A stretch of DNA of 64,000 nt from Bilabrum cf. latius (taxonomy: Eukaryota), in contig OZ237755.1 of NCBI GenBank assembly GCA_965178125.1, forward strand, positions 372,001-436,000, in the 5' to 3' direction. The notes beneath the pieces are model-generated. The model saw only the letters and a program-made list of their open reading frames with translations. It did not search any database and was not told where the DNA came from. Position numbers and translations under genes: made by a program. Shown one piece after another: positions 49,801-60,562 of this stretch. Numbering within the stretch: position 1 is the first letter of the stretch; each line of letters opens with the position of its first letter.

Positions 49801-52800
49801 CTGGTCTTTCGATAGCTTCGTGGCAGTGCTTGGCGTGCTGCCGTCCGACGATACGCTGGCAGCGGCGCTCGCTTGCTTCCACCGTGCCATCTCAGGCCGA
49901 GTTATACCGGAGGACTGCAGTGCGGTAGACTTCTAGTGAGCTGGAGAACTTCCAGCATCCGAAGACAAGTGCACCTATGCATCACCTGTTGGGGCACTCG
50001 GTAACCTGGGACCTTGCCTGGATCTGCTGATGGGCATCATGGCATACGATGCAACAACACTGTTTGCCGTTGGCACAGCCCCTACAATATCAGGGGATGG
50101 CTACTGCTCATGTGGATTAGCAGAGGCCTTGACATCGTTGTCATCCTCCAACTCTGCAGACTTTGCTTCTTGTTGTCCTGCCAGGTCGTCGGTGGATACA
50201 GCTTTGCTTGGCCCCTCAGTTTGGGCTGCCTACGCCAAAGAAAACTCGTGTTCGCTCGGCCCATTGTCTGTCTCGCTATCCTGGTTGGGCATGGTTAGCC
50301 TGCCAAGAGGCTTGGTTGCGTCTGGACTCATCGTCACTCTGGGCCTGTAGTGCTTAGGCCTTGGCAGAAACTCCCCGAGGGTTGGGGTCTCCACAGGCGC
50401 CAGCTCCTTGGATCGCAGCTTCTGCTACTGCAGCCGAGCCCTCCTTCTCCTCGTCACGCTCGGGTCCTCTCCCCCTCGCACAGCAGACTGCTGCGGTGGT
50501 GAAGCAGGCTCCACCGCTGGCTACCCAATGTTGTTGTCTGAGCCTGTACGCGACTTCTCATCAAGTCTAGTCGAAGGCTTGGGGGCGACCAGTGGTGCAG
50601 CAGGGGACGACTAAGCAGTGCCATTGCTGGCACCAATCCCGCTAGCACGATCTGCCACCGGGCTGAAATTTCTTGGGAGCCCTGCCAGGTCGTTTGCCCG
50701 GGCTTCAAGTCTACTCCATAACCTGTTCGGAGTCTCCTAGGGAGTGTGAGGGTGCGTCTATCTTGGGGGAGGCGGAGGTGGTCGATCTGAGCGATGTGCG
50801 TCGCTCGCAGCTGAGTTGTCAGGCAACTCACGATCCTTGGGAGTACCACCCGTGGATCTATCGGGTTGAACTGCTACCAAAGTTGCAGGAACTTGCGATG
50901 CGTGCTGCTGCATGTTCGACTCTACTCTCGATGCGGCTGGGTTGGCCTGGATCTGCTGCTCGTGGGACTGCTGCAGAATGTGTTGCCTGTGCGCTTCTCG
51001 CTGCTACTCAACGGCAAGCGCCTGCTCGAGACCAGCACCGCGTTTACCAGCGTGTGCTTTGGGCAGCATCGCCGGCCGCTTGGGCTCCTCTTGGGCCTGC
51101 CCAGAAGGAGGCTTCACGACCGGCACGCTTGACGACCGACCTTGACCTTGACGCGACGTCTGCCCCATACCAGCGCCATCATCGGCATCGAGGGCCCATG
51201 GATTGCGTCGTCTCCCTGGTGCATGCCCAGGGGGTGCCTTGGCAATCGATCGTCGGCGCGGTGGTGGTGGTGGAGGTGGGTGAAGACCAAGGCGAGGCGC
51301 GGAGCTGGACCTACCCAGTGCCCCAGGCATGGTCCTAGAACCAGACTGACTGCTGCGCCCATCCCCTAACCCCGCGGTCTTATCATCCGTGCTGTTGTCA
51401 CTTGGAGCATCTTTCAATGCTGCCTGCTCCCCCGCCCGTCCCGGGCCTTTGCCGAGGCCCATCTTGCCGAGCTTCCCGCTCAGCAATACCGCGATCGGAG
51501 AGGCAACGGATGGGCCTTGCCTGACATCTTGCTCGTTGCGCGTCTGCTGGTTCGAGTTCGTGGTGGGAGCAGCAAAGGTGACTCCTTTTGTGCCTTCCGC
51601 GCCGACGGCTTCCCACCCTTCCTTTCCTGCCATCCCAGACGAACTGCCATTTTGGCAGTCCAGAATCACACCGAAGCCTAGCTTCATGCCACTGTACAAG
51701 TCCTGACTAGTGACCGCTGGGTTGACTTTGATGCCCTACTCGCTGAGCTCTGCGGCTGTGGGGCTGCCCCCCTCCAGTGTTGGCGGGCTGTGACCCAGCC
51801 TTGCCTGCGCTCTCGATGCCTCATCCTTGCCCCAATCATCGGCGAACAGATCCAGCGCCTCCGTGTCTCCGCCACCACCTGCGCGCAAACTCGTTAGACT
51901 TGCATCGGCGCCTGCTGTTGACCTGTCCAGCGGCGAGTACCGCCTGGCGTCGTGTGCAAAGTAGGACGAAGCAGGAACGCGGGCGGGGCGTGCCGCTGCA
52001 GCATCCCCCAAAATGGCCGTCCTTTGAATCACGCTCCCAGACCGGGTCACTTGTCCCTGGGTCACTTGTCCCTCCAGTGCGCCGTGACCCTCCATTGCTA
52101 GCAGCGTGCGGGGTGAGCCGTAGTGCTGCTGCCTGTCTCTGTCTGTCTCCTCGTGCACTGAGGGCAGCTGGTGGATCGCATCGTTGGGCAGCAGCATGGC
52201 GCCCGTCTCGTTGACTTCATCCGACTCGCTGCTGTACGCACTCGACATGTGGGCGTGAATGTTCGCGTTTGGGCGTTTTCTAGCCGTTACAGGAGGCCGC
52301 AGTCCTGTTGGAGCCGGCGGTGGGCGCCTGCCGTCCACGCCCATGGCCCCCTCCCCATCTTCACCCGCACCCTCAGCTGCTGCTTGCACGCTGGACCCAG
52401 TGCCCTCGCTTCTGCCTGCAGTGGCGCGGCTGCTCCGCAATCCCCCCTCTGCGTCCAGAGAGGGAGTGCTGTCTGTTCTACCGTTGCTTTTCACACGAGC
52501 CACGAGGTGTGGGGGTAGTGCATGTGCCCCCGTGCCAACGACTCGAACGGCGCTCTGGTCTGGCCTGTAGGCTAGCTCGCCGTACGAAGATTCTGATGAG
52601 CTCTTAGCATAGGGCTTTCCCCGCTTCATCATGCCTTTTGCAGTCTCCACGGCAATCGCGTGCAACCGGGCTGCGTCATCCCGGTCATCTAAATTGACTT
52701 TGCGAGGCTCCTACTTCGCCCGGCTCTCAGTTCTGTCAGCAATGGTGTCTTGCATAGCTGGTGGCTCCCCTGGTGGAGCCGGCGGATCAGCAGAATCAAA

Positions 52801-53034
52801 AATAACACTGCTAAGACCCTTGCTGGCGTACGCACCAGCGGGACTCTTATGAACAGCAACGGAGCTCGGGGCGGGACTGTTGCGGATCATAGACTCAGTC
52901 CACTGATTGCTCGTCGAAGCTCCTACCGTGGCATTGTCGTCCCAACCTGATGCGAACGACTTCGATGTTGGAGGATGGGTCGGAGTATGGGGCTGATGTT
53001 TCCCGCTGAAGGCCGACATGCCGCCCTCCTGCAT
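43855..53034 (-). CDS. Very large, mostly disordered hypothetical protein (~3059 aa with TAG=Gln)
   Basis: Thirteen track ORFs (53034 ... 44778) share one frame. The largest gaps (51003-49891 and 46788-46549) contain only TAG. Ends TGA at 43855. Short helical/coiled-coil patches at ~45900-46950 and ~47650-48400. Confidence 0.72.
44209..44307 (-). repeat. Coding tandem repeat, 24-bp unit x4 (GEHGAGAQ)
   Basis: GCCCTGGGCACCTGC(T/A)CCGTGCTC repeated four times. Confidence 0.9.
44887..44946 (-). repeat. Coding tandem repeat, 12-bp unit x5 (PQPV)
   Basis: CTGGGGAACAGG x4 plus one variant copy. Confidence 0.9.
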
Positions 53035-53313
53035 GCGTCAACTTTGCCGTCCAACAAGTGGAACCCAAAACTTGGATCTGATGCAGCACAGCTCCGCTGC
53101 ACAAAGGGTCTACAGTATGAAAGACGAAGATAGGCGATGCAAAATACCTTGCTAGTGCACTTCACACGTAAATCTCGTCAGGATTTGGCCCAATGAGGTC
53201 GGGCCCGGAGCTTCGTGGCGAAGGTTCGTTTGGCGCCGCGCATACTGCGCAGGGCGGCAGCGGAACCAAAAGAGAGCCAGAGTTGCTGCCACAAACTCGC
53301 ATTTCAAACCGCA

Positions 53314-54342
53314 ATGGGTGGATATTTCAGCGCCAGCCGGAGCGATGGTGGCCAACCATCTGATCCTGCGGCGAAGGAGTCGAAGCAGGGTGCCGTGGCC
53401 GTAAAGAAGGCCTCTATTCGACTGAATTTGACAAGACGAGTGCTCGGGACCATGGCAGCCGTATTCGCTATCGCTGGTTGCTTTGGGCTAATTTCTTACT
53501 CTATGGGAGGAATTGCTTCGTTCATTATTGCCTTTATCGCGCCGCTGCTGTCCACAGTGTTGGTGCTCACTTGTTGCGTGATGGTCCCTGTCTGCCTATC
53601 TCCAGATCTATGGAAGGAGCATCCCTGGAACATGCTGCTGCTCGCGGCCGTGACTTTCGTTCAGGGCTCGTTGTGTTTTCTCATGGCGGGGTACAGCCGC
53701 TCTCTCGCTATTCCGGTCGGGTTCATGGGCGCGGCGATATCGTGCGCAGCCACGGCCGGCACTGGCATGTGCATCAACTGGCAGCCAGGCATCCTGAACT
53801 CCATCGCGATCGGCGCGCTGCCCTCTGTTGTATTTGGGACGCTCATGTTCATCGACCCGAGCGTGTCTGTGCTGACTGCCATCGTTGGGATGTTGCTGGG
53901 CAGCGCGCTCGGGGTCTGGGCCCTTGTCCGAGTTAGGGCGTACGTGGGGGGCCCCGATGATCCGATCCCTCAGCCGGGGGGATCCTCGTCACACCTGACC
54001 GTCGTGCTGCTCATCTTCACCGAGGCGTTCACTGCGACGTTCTGCAACCCGCTTCGGTGGTATGGAGCAGACAAGCTCTTCAGTGACGAGCAGAAGCAGA
54101 AAGCCTCCCAGGCCAAGGGAGCGGCCGCGGCATTCGTGGGAAGCGGTTCGGAGCCGGGGTCCGTTGTCAAAGGCGGATCTTCGGAGGGGTTGGACGTCGA
54201 GGAGGGCAGCAAGTTGGCGGGCGGGGCTGGTGCTCCTAGCGGGGAGGGTGTTGGAAATGGAGATATCTTGGTGCAGAGCCCACAGGCGGGTGCTGGTGCC
54301 GCAGAGTCAAAACAAGAAGATGTGCAGCAGGAGGATGTTTGA
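53314..54342 (+). CDS. Divergent Bax inhibitor-1/TMBIM (lifeguard)-like multi-pass membrane protein
   Basis: About 7 hydrophobic helices. IRLNLTRRVLG and KEHPWNMLLLAAVTFVQG resemble TMBIM segments. N-terminus MGGYFS is myristoylation-like. No TAG; ends TGA. Confidence 0.6.
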   Translation: MGGYFSASRSDGGQPSDPAAKESKQGAVAVKKASIRLNLTRRVLGTMAAVFAIAGCFGLISYSMGGIASFIIAFIAPLLSTVLVLTCCVMVPVCLSPDLWKEHPWNMLLLAAVTFVQGSLCFLMAGYSRSLAIPVGFMGAAISCAATAGTGMCINWQPGILNSIAIGALPSVVFGTLMFIDPSVSVLTAIVGMLLGSALGVWALVRVRAYVGGPDDPIPQPGGSSSHLTVVLLIFTEAFTATFCNPLRWYGADKLFSDEQKQKASQAKGAAAAFVGSGSEPGSVVKGGSSEGLDVEEGSKLAGGAGAPSGEGVGNGDILVQSPQAGAGAAESKQEDVQQEDV

Positions 54343-54539
54343 GGATTTACATGTTTAAGCTGAACGTGGATTTCTCTGGACGAGAGCTGCACTCTCCGTT
54401 GCGGCTTGTTGACAAGGCTCAAGCGACCCCTCCTTAAGCTTGTACCGCACGTGGTGCGGCAAGAGTATGATAAATATGCTACGCGTGACTAAATTGTTGG
54501 TTCGGCAACGCTCGAAATCCTTTCTGTTCTATAGCTTCA

Positions 54540-54956
54540 TTAGTCCAACCTCTCGAATATGCCATCTGGTTCAAATCCGGGCACTCGTCGCATCACCTGC
54601 ACGATGAGGTAGACCTGATACCCACCGGGTAACATTAGCACTATACCGACTATTATCATTACCCAAAGACCATTTGCTGCACCGACCACGAATAAAATGA
54701 ACCCAAGCAGAAGCAGAAACCCTGCCAATATCGCTCGCCACCAAGGAAACCGATAATTTTGCGGGATGATAAGGCCGCCAGATGCCTGCTATAGTGCAAC
54801 TTCTGCGTTCTGCATGCCCGCCTCGCCGTCCCACCGATGCTCCCGAGCAGATTCTAAATCTCTCAAACTCCCGCTTTGAGCGATTCGGACCTCTTCCTCC
54901 TCCAAAGGGTCCCTGTCCCCATCATCTTGGTGGGATGATGCGGGTATGGCACTCAT
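54540..54956 (-). CDS. TMEM230: TMEM230/TMEM134 (DUF872) family small membrane protein (138 aa)
   Basis: PWWRAILAGFLLLLGFILFVVG...IIVGIVLMLPGGYQVYLIVQVMRRVPGF. One in-frame TAG at ~54789; ends TAA. Confidence 0.7.
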
Positions 54957-55130
54957 AGTTTCCCAAGTTGCGATCTACTCTTCAGGCTTCGCTACAAATG
55001 AGATTGAGTCCCGATCGCGGACTGGCGTTTTGGTGACGAGTGGACTATTCGTTGCAAAATCGTTGCTCCAACAACTGCATTGAGTGCATACACGCCGTAG
55101 TATTTCGTTGAAGGGGGTATGCTCTAAGTC

Positions 55131-58100
55131 ATGGAAGCCCCGCGGTGTCTTTGTGGAGAGTATTCCGTCAAGCGCACCGTGAAGAAACGCAATCAGAATT
55201 GCGGGCGGAAGTTTTTCGGCTGCGCACTTATGAAATGTAGATTCTTCGAGTGGTCAGCAAATACACCTAGTCCTATGCGACGATCACCAGGATCTGCGTT
55301 GGAGATTGCCTAGCAGAGGTACCGGACAAGGTCCCCAGATCGGAAAGTACAGCAGTGCAGCCCCTGGGCGTCTCGGGCGGCTGCCGCCAAAGGGTCAACA
55401 GCAGTCAATTTTGTTGTACCTGAAGACAGTTCAACGCATTTTGGGGTGCAGCATGCCTATCGGGCTGACATTATATCACTTTGGAAGCAGATTCCCTTGG
55501 ACGAGCGCAGCTACGACCCCGAAGCAAAGACTTGGACCTTTCGGTGGGACTAGTACCGCACTTTGTTGCGTAGAGTAAGCAACTTGCCAAACGTTTCAGT
55601 CGTCAAGCTACCAGAGGCTCTGGTTCCCGCTCACATGGGCGGTGGCGTGGATGACCATGACTTGATGATGCACGACGGTGCCAGTGGTGCGGCCGACGAC
55701 CCTGGACCCGCCAGTGCCAGTGGTACTCACGGCGAGTCAAGCGTTGCCAAGATTGCAGAATCAGTGCGAATTCCAACACACCCTGGCACAATTCAAGCAA
55801 GCGACGAGGGCGCTGGTCTATCCAGCGACCGTGGTGTCCTGCCCCTGCCAGCACAGGTGGCGGCAAGGCTCTACCCTCACCAGACCAACGGACTCGACTT
55901 CATACGGGGGAAGAAGGGCAGAGTGCTCATCGCCGATGAGCCCGGGCTGGGGAAGACACTCCTTGCCGTCGCGACTGCCGCGGTGTACCTGAACAACTGG
56001 CCCCTCCTGGTGGTATGCCCCTCCAGCCTTCGAGACATGTGGAAACGAGAGCTGCTCAGGTGGATGCCGCACCTGGGGGGCACTCTCAGCGGAAGCCCGC
56101 CCAAGAAGAGGTCTAGATCCAAGAGCAAGCAGAGCATGTGCTCCAAGCAAAAACGCGGGGTGGCAACAGCGACGATGCGCGCGCGTGCACGTGCACGTGC
56201 AAGGAGATCGGGGGCGCGACAACGTAGATCTAGCCGGGCGTCTCATCGCAGGCAGCGGAAACAGAAGGGCCGCAGTCGGGTGGTCACCAGTGATAGTAAC
56301 AGTGACAGCAATAGCAACGAATCAAGCGATAGTAGCGACAGTGATGGCTACGCAGATAGTTTCAATGACAGCAGTGGAGTTGATAGCGGCGACTGTGACA
56401 GCGACAGCGATCCAGATGCCTCGCATGTCTTGGCTGGGACAGTTGCTGAAAGGGCCATCGATTCATCCAATGGGGAGTAGGAGGCCCGTAGCAGTGCAGA
56501 AGGCGATCCATGGGCCAGGATCGAGCCCGGGATCGTGCGCGCACCTGCCAGCACCAAGACAGCAGCCAGGGACGTGCAGCTCGTGTTGGACGCACCCAAC
56601 TCGGCCCTCGTCACATCCTACGACCTAGCCACGAGAATGGTCAAGGCAGGCATCATCAAAGCTGGCATGTTTGGGGTGGTGATTTGCGACGAGAGTCACC
56701 TGCTGAAGTCTATTACTGCGTAGAGAACCAAATGCATTTGCCCTTTGCTGGAGCATGCATAGCGCGCGGTGTGTCTGAGTGGAACGCCTGCGATGAGCCG
56801 GCCGGTTGAGCTGTATTCGCAGCTACGTGCAATCCTCGGCAGGCGATTTATGTCGTACAACGCGTACGCAGCACGGTATTGCGCGGCACGAAAGACCGAT
56901 TACGGTCAGGATGTCACGGGAAGCAGTAATCTGGACGAATTGCAGGGTATTCTTGAGAGAGATGTGATGCTGAGGCGAAAGAAGAGTGATGTGCTTCGGC
57001 TTCCGCCCAAGCAACGGCACATTCACAGATGCAAGTTGGCCGGCGGCACCCGCGACAAGGTGCAAAAAGCCATGAGCGAGCTCCGACAAGCTCAAATACA
57101 GGCTAGGACCGCGGGGTTGGGCACGGCAGAGGGCAGGGTTCTCGACCGGAAGGCCAAGGGCAAGATGGCGAAGGCCTTCTAGATCACTGGTGAAGGCAAG
57201 ATCGGGGCTGTTGTGCAGCTTCTCACGACTTTGCTCGCAGAGCCCGACCCCAGGTTCGCAGGACCTGGAAGCGCTGCCTCGTCTTGTCAGGCTGGCAAGT
57301 CTGCCCTTGCAACCGTCGCCATTGGAGGGGCGTCCGCGGCGGACGTCAACGCAAGCAGCTCCAGTGCTGCTGTTGGTGCTGCTACTATGGCGTCCAACGA
57401 AGCAAGCGGAACAAACAGGAGAAAGCCTTCGGAGATCATCGCGAAGGCGCCGGCACGGGACAAAGGGTGGCAGCCATTCGGCAAGCAGGACAGAGTGCTG
57501 GTGCTCAGCAGCGATTCCTCGTCCGATGCCTCCTCCGATTAGAGCGGGCCCGCCTCTTAGAAGCCAGGCATTCAGCATGCAGCAGCAAGAAGCGGCAGGA
57601 CCTCACGCGCGTACCGTGGCGGTATAAACGGTTCCCCTGGGCGCACAGTTGGGGCGAGGCGCAGGCTCCCAATCGTGGTGGCATCGTCTGATGAAGAATC
57701 TTCCGATGAAGAGAATGATAAGAATGATGAGGTACGTAGTATGCGTGGCTGTGATGGCTCTCGCGTAAACCGCCATGCGCAGCCCGCAGTTGATGATGAC
57801 CCTGATGCCGACGCCAGTCAGGTAAGCATATCACGGGATGGACGTCACAGTCAAGATCCTGCTTCTGCAATCGACCTGCCGTTTGGTATCCCGTGGGCCA
57901 GGAGAGACCGCAGGCGTGGGTATCGAGGCTCGATCGGCCACCAGCTGCAAGCGGTGGCGCACTCCATGGAGTCCGGTCTACCGGTGGAAGACAGAGATAC
58001 GCAGTGCGTGGCCTCGCGCACTACCACCAGCACCGCAAGCTCAGAGCAGTATGCACCAGACACAAGGTAGAGCCCTGGTGCCAGCCCAGTACGACCGCTT

Positions 58101-59663
58101 TTGGACTCGCCCTCAGTTGCGGTAGGCGATGGCAGCATGAATGGCTCAATGAGCGACTCGAACTCGTCTGCGTCGCTGTCACTGATGCCGCCGGCCTCAA
58201 GCGCTAGCTCGTGCGTTCGCGCACCGGTAGGGAGGCTCCCTGGTCGAAAACGTCGCAGGAACCAGCACAGTGTTGCGAGATCGAGCTCCAATCGGCGGGA
58301 CGCTAGTCCTACGGATCCTGCGCTAGTCTTGGACAGCGAGGTATCGTCCAGCGACTGTGGCTCCGACTTGGACTCCGACCTAGCGCCCAAGCCGAAGAGA
58401 TCCAGGCAGGAGATACCGATCAGGGTGGAGCAGCTGCGGTCACCAACACGCAAGAGGCTGCGCTCACGGCGAGAAGGGGCTTCGGCCGGCCGTCGGTCAA
58501 TGAATGACGGCCAATGCGAGATTGAGTCGTCTTCCTAGAGTTCCGGTAGCCCAACGAGCACGGTCGGAGGGTGGGAGTCAACCTCTCCCTTGCCAGCAGA
58601 TCGCCAACGCAAGGTCGTTGTGTTTGCACACCATCAGAGTGTGATCGCTTCCATTGGCAGCGCATTGTACGACAGAGGCATAGACTACATCCAACTAGAT
58701 GGGGGCACCAAGATGTCTAGCAGGCAGGGGCTTGCTGATAGATTTCAGGAGGACCCCAGCTGCCGGGTAGCACTCGTCGCGATCGCGGTTGCCGGTGTCG
58801 GCATCACCCTCACAGAGAGCTCTTGTGCCCTGTTCGCAGAGCTGGCCTGGACCCCTGGAGCTCTCTCTCAAGCCGAGGATCGGGTGCATCGGATTGGGCA
58901 GCGGGCGCAAGAGGTTCACGTGCACTACGTGCTGGCCGAGGATAGCTTCGATCAGCAGATTTGGAACCTGGTCGGCAAGAAACTCAAGGTTGTGTCCTCT
59001 GCTTTGGACGCGGGCCAGAAAGCTCCAGCACGCTCTGGCAAGCAACCAAGTATCCTTGATCATCTGAGACAAATGCCTTCCAGCTCATCTGCCCAGCGAT
59101 AGGGCGACCTAGCAGATGCTGTCGCGCCCGTAGGATGCGCAGTGTCAGACAGCCAGGAAGTGGATGACGCGTTTGAGGCTCTGTTGCTCTCCCAAGCTGA
59201 GCTTGGCCTCGATGATGACGGTTCTGCCCCGCAGCTGGGGCCCAGTGTGGCGCAACAATCGATCCAGTAGCCTAGCGGAAGTTCTGGTGCTGCAGTACGT
59301 GATGAAGTCGATGAGGCGTTTCGTGGCTTTTCTGAGTTCCTGCTGTCCCAGGACCCAGTCCCAGCACACGGTCAGCATGCTTCCCCCGAACAGCTACCAA
59401 GGCGGGATGCGCCCCAGCGCTAGTTGACCATGACACAGATCGCCAGGCGAAGTAAGCCGAGGGTCGGATGTATTGCATCTCCCGGTGACGGAGGTTTAGA
59501 GTCTGCTGCACAGATCGGCCCAGTGTGTGCACTTACTGAATCACAGGCCCCGTCTCGCAGCAAAAAGGGCCAGCTGTCCCCTGACTTGAGGGAACGGATT
59601 CGCAGGAACAGAGAGGCGGCTTTGGCGAGGCGTCGGGCAAGGCTGGCTGGGGACGACCATTAA
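55131..59663 (+). CDS. SMARCAL1: SMARCAL1-like annealing helicase with N-terminal zf-GRF, one HARP domain, SNF2 ATPase and C-terminal RPA-binding-like motif (~1510 aa)
   Basis: zf-GRF CLCG..RTVKK.NQNCGRKFFGC..CRFFEW. HARP YRADIISLWKQIP..RSYDPEAKTWTF..LP. ATPase motifs LIADEPGLGKT, WPLLVVCPSSL, DESH, LSGTPAMSRPVELYSQL, KVVVFAHH and QAEDRVHRIGQ. Nine track ORFs share one frame via TAG; ends TAA. Confidence 0.9.
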
Positions 59664-59786
59664 CCCAACATAAAGCTTCTCCAGGATAAATTGTTAAATG
59701 GCTTATCAGGGCAGGCTGCAAAGGATCCTGGTTGTTGAAAAAATAACGATTGTTGGTATTTCTGATCCTAACGCCGGATGGGGTTC

Positions 59787-60001
59787 GGTGTTGATGCCAG
59801 AGTGGGAGCGCGTGAACGTCTCGTTGGGTTCCGATGGCGGTTGCGACCGGGAAGGTGCGACCAAGCCAACGGATTGCTTGCGATGACGCGCATACCCTCT
59901 CTGTGTTCAGGAGAGGGGCGGAGATTGGGTAATTTTTGCCCACCCTCCCATGTCTGATTGTTAACGAGACTAGGTTGCGCGTACACTCTGGCATCAGTGT
60001 C
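59787..60001 (+). ncRNA. Candidate structured RNA or inverted-repeat element, family unknown
   Basis: TGATGCCAGAGTG (59792-59804) pairs with CACTCTGGCATCA (59984-59996). GTCTCGTT (59818-25) pairs with AACGAGAC (59963-70). Three internal hairpins. G-U pairs favour the + strand. Confidence 0.45.
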
Positions 60002-60562
60002 AGATTCCCATCACGATAAACGATGACTCTAAACTGCAGATCAGATTTGTTGCTTCAACCACACCAATTGGCTCACCTTAACGGTTGCTGCAATCCCCAT
60101 TGGTCGGCAGTCGCCAACAAAAAAAATACCTACCCCCGGTTAAATAGGCGGATCCGCGGGACCCTGTGGGCTTCACCCCGAACGGCCGGTTCTGCATGTA
60201 TGCGGTATACCTTGGCTTTCCGCCCCTTTTCCCCGCCCTAGGGTCCGTGTGCGCTGCTCCCGGCATCACCACCTTGGCCCTGGCCGACCCGCCATGCGCC
60301 TCGTCCATCCACTCGCCTGTCCACCTTCTGCGCGCTGCTGGCCATGCAGCCCGCTGCCACTCTCGTCTCCCTTGTGCCTGGCACCTGGAGCCCCCTTCCT
60401 CCCGTTGTGTTCTCCCTTTTGACACCGCACTATCGTCGCCTGTGCCGGCATCCCCCTCTTGTTCTTGTCCTCTTGCTGTCCGCTTACGCTCACCTGGACT
60501 TCCGGATCATCTCTGCTCCCCGTCGGTTCAATCCTTATGTCCAAGTACAAATACCAAGAAGA

